DNA of 63,049 nt, counting the filler, from Octopus bimaculoides (lineage: Eukaryota), in the NCBI RefSeq assembly GCF_001194135.2. It is 3 parts of 3 records of this genome, joined end to end, with 100 filler letters (N's around TTAATTAATTAA, not from the genome) between each part and the next. Parts side by side here need not be neighbours in the genome. Positions count along the whole stretch, not along the records: positions 50,556 to 63,049 come from NC_068986.1; 2 more parts are not named here. One strand, given 5' to 3'. Made by a program: the position numbers and the translations under genes. Below the pieces are notes generated by a model. The model saw only the letters and a program-made list of their open reading frames with translations, made no database searches and was not told the origin of the DNA. This document shows, piece by piece, positions 61,140 through 63,049 of this stretch; within the stretch, counting starts at the first letter, position 1; each line of letters opens with the position of its first letter.

Positions 61140-61985
61140 GAAATTCTTCAGAGCGAATATCCCAAAGGGGAATCAGGTATACCGAACAAATCTTGACAGA
61201 TATTTACTCCAGAATACAACAAAAGACATGATTAATACAATCAAAATACAGTACAATGGAAGAGCTGTCATAGACTGGTTCAACAGCATGCAAGTTCATG
61301 CAATTCAATATTATAGACTTTTATCCAGCAATCAGAAAACCCATACTTTTAAAAGCACTAGACTTTTGCTAAGAAATTCATTGCAATCACTGAAAAACAA
61401 ATGATCATAATGAAGTGTTCAAGAAAATCCCTTCTATTCCATGATGATTCCTATGTAAAAAAAAAGAAAACAATGAACTTTGATGTAAGCGTGGGATTTA
61501 TAAAGAAGTGTAGAAGGGCTAAACGTACAAGATGGGCTATGAATTCCATAAGGGCTATACATAATAGAAAAATAAGTAAAATATTTAACCTGTCCAATAT
61601 TGGTTCAGTATAGGGACAATGGGTTAGCCATCTCATAAAATATGGGCATATATGAACTAGCAAAATTTTACAGACATCTCACAAATACCTTCAAAGAATT
61701 CAGCCCCCAAATTTCCTTGCAAATGAACCTATCTATAGTAAATTACCTGAACTTAATGTTAAGCTTAATTGCTGAGCATACTACCTTTAAAGAAAACCGA
61801 ATGAGGTACCTCTATATAGAAGTATATATTCCAACCAAACACCATCAATCATTACAAACTTAGTCAATAACATTCATTGGAGAAATGATACGATATCATC
61901 TGACAAGAAAATATGCAACTGAGCAACATTATTCTCCAAAAAAGTGTAAAAGTGAATGAGTTTAAAGAAACAATATATTCCCAGC
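61140..61985 (+). pseudogene. Decayed Penelope-like RT fragment of a second lineage
   Basis: Frameshifted motifs AVIDWF, FMQFNIIDFYPAI...LKALDF, SRKSLLF...VKK...NFDVSVG, IVNYLNL, PSIITNL; these are PLE RT blocks that differ from the 54-55 kb element. Confidence 0.75.
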
Positions 61986-62059
61986 ATTTTGCAAACAGCA
62001 AATAGAACAAACTCAGAGAAAGAAAAAAAATCACCTGATTCAATCTAACTTTTGATTTA

Positions 62060-62060
62060 A

Positions 62061-62136
<76 letters not shown>

Positions 62137-62156
62137 GAGAGAAAGAGAAAGAGAGA
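62060..62156. repeat. (TG)n(GA)n compound microsatellite
   Basis: Directly visible. Confidence 0.9.
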
Positions 62157-62334
62157 TTATAAATATAATGTTGGTAGGGTTAAAATCCAAGCTGTTTCCT
62201 CTTGAAACACATCTGCTTATTCCATTGTCACAATCAAGTATACAGTTGTTGTCATTGTTGTACTGATTGATGCAAGGTACATATTAGAGTTGAAAATTCT
62301 GGAAATATTGTTGGCAGAGTTATTATATCAGAAA

Positions 62335-62462
62335 ACAGGGAGTTAATTATGATTTTATTCAACTTATTCCCCTCTCAGATTCACACACTTATTGCAGTGG
62401 TCCTTCAGTTTTTCTAAACCCTGTAAAAGAACTTGGAAGGCTGGGCTTCCAACCAGGCCTTT
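62335..62462 (-). mobile_element. Mariner transposase extreme 3' fragment
   Basis: Minus strand encodes WLEAQPSKFF / KLKDHCNKCVNLRGE*VE*, resembling the mariner C-terminal KC...G.YVE motif. Confidence 0.6.
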
Positions 62463-63049
62463 TGTGTCAAAAGAATTCAGTTTAAATAAACCACTTGCTT
62501 ACTATACATATGGTGACTAACAGACCTGTCTACCCAAAGTCCCCACTCCTGGAATGTAACTTTAGAACTCTTGTGAATTGTCCCATGGGCAGGCAATGCA
62601 TTTATACAAATATAGTTAAGAGCCCTATCTACTCGCTGGCGGTACCTACCCACCACTACCCATTTTCCTTTATTCAAAAATTCTTATCGCTCCTTAAAAT
62701 TATGGCTTTTAAGTGTTGATTTCCCAGCCCAAGAATTACAGCGTGATGTGCTGCTTGACTGGTCCCCCCCCTCTCTCTCTCTCTCTTTCTATATATATAT
62801 GATGATGATGATGATGATAGTATACAAATGTATTGACACAATTGTAGTAAATATTAAAATAGGCATCATAGTTAACCTTGTGAAATAATACATTTTTATG
62901 CATAAGTGCACTCAAAGCACCTTTTCTTCCCCCTGAGACTTTGACTGTCTACTTCACAAACCTAATATATCCATAATTTGGATGACAATAAGATTAGCTA
63001 TAGATGGAAATGGTCTGTGTTGGGATATACCATACCACACTGTGGAAGA

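Overview
AT-rich, microsatellite-dense animal genomic DNA with many N gaps. The SINE and microsatellite repertoire looks like an Octopus-type cephalopod (inference from recall, not a search). Two artificial spacers (44 N + TTAATTAATTAA + 44 N, at 29829-29928 and 50456-50555) split the window into three blocks that need not be neighbours in the genome. Almost every ORF in the six-frame track is a translated microsatellite or gap. Well-supported content: about 30 tRNA-derived SINE copies or fragments, several MITEs and long fold-back hairpins, a Helitron 3' end, three decayed mariner fragments, two different Penelope-like retroelement (PLE) remnants, and one calcium-binding EGF exon on the minus strand. 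There are also a few weak candidate exons, including a signal-peptide-like first exon. The most interesting signal is a unit of tRNA-like Pol III head + (AAT/AAC)n + minimal hammerhead ribozyme. It occurs as a solo copy with a candidate 7-bp TSD (49.7 kb), as a head-to-head inverted pair (7 kb), and as the terminal repeat of a GIY-YIG Penelope insertion bounded by a 12-bp TSD (54.2-55.4 kb). This suggests a Pol III/ribozyme SINE-like family tied to a Penelope partner. Two further, unrelated hammerhead motifs lie at 10.55 kb and 25.48 kb.
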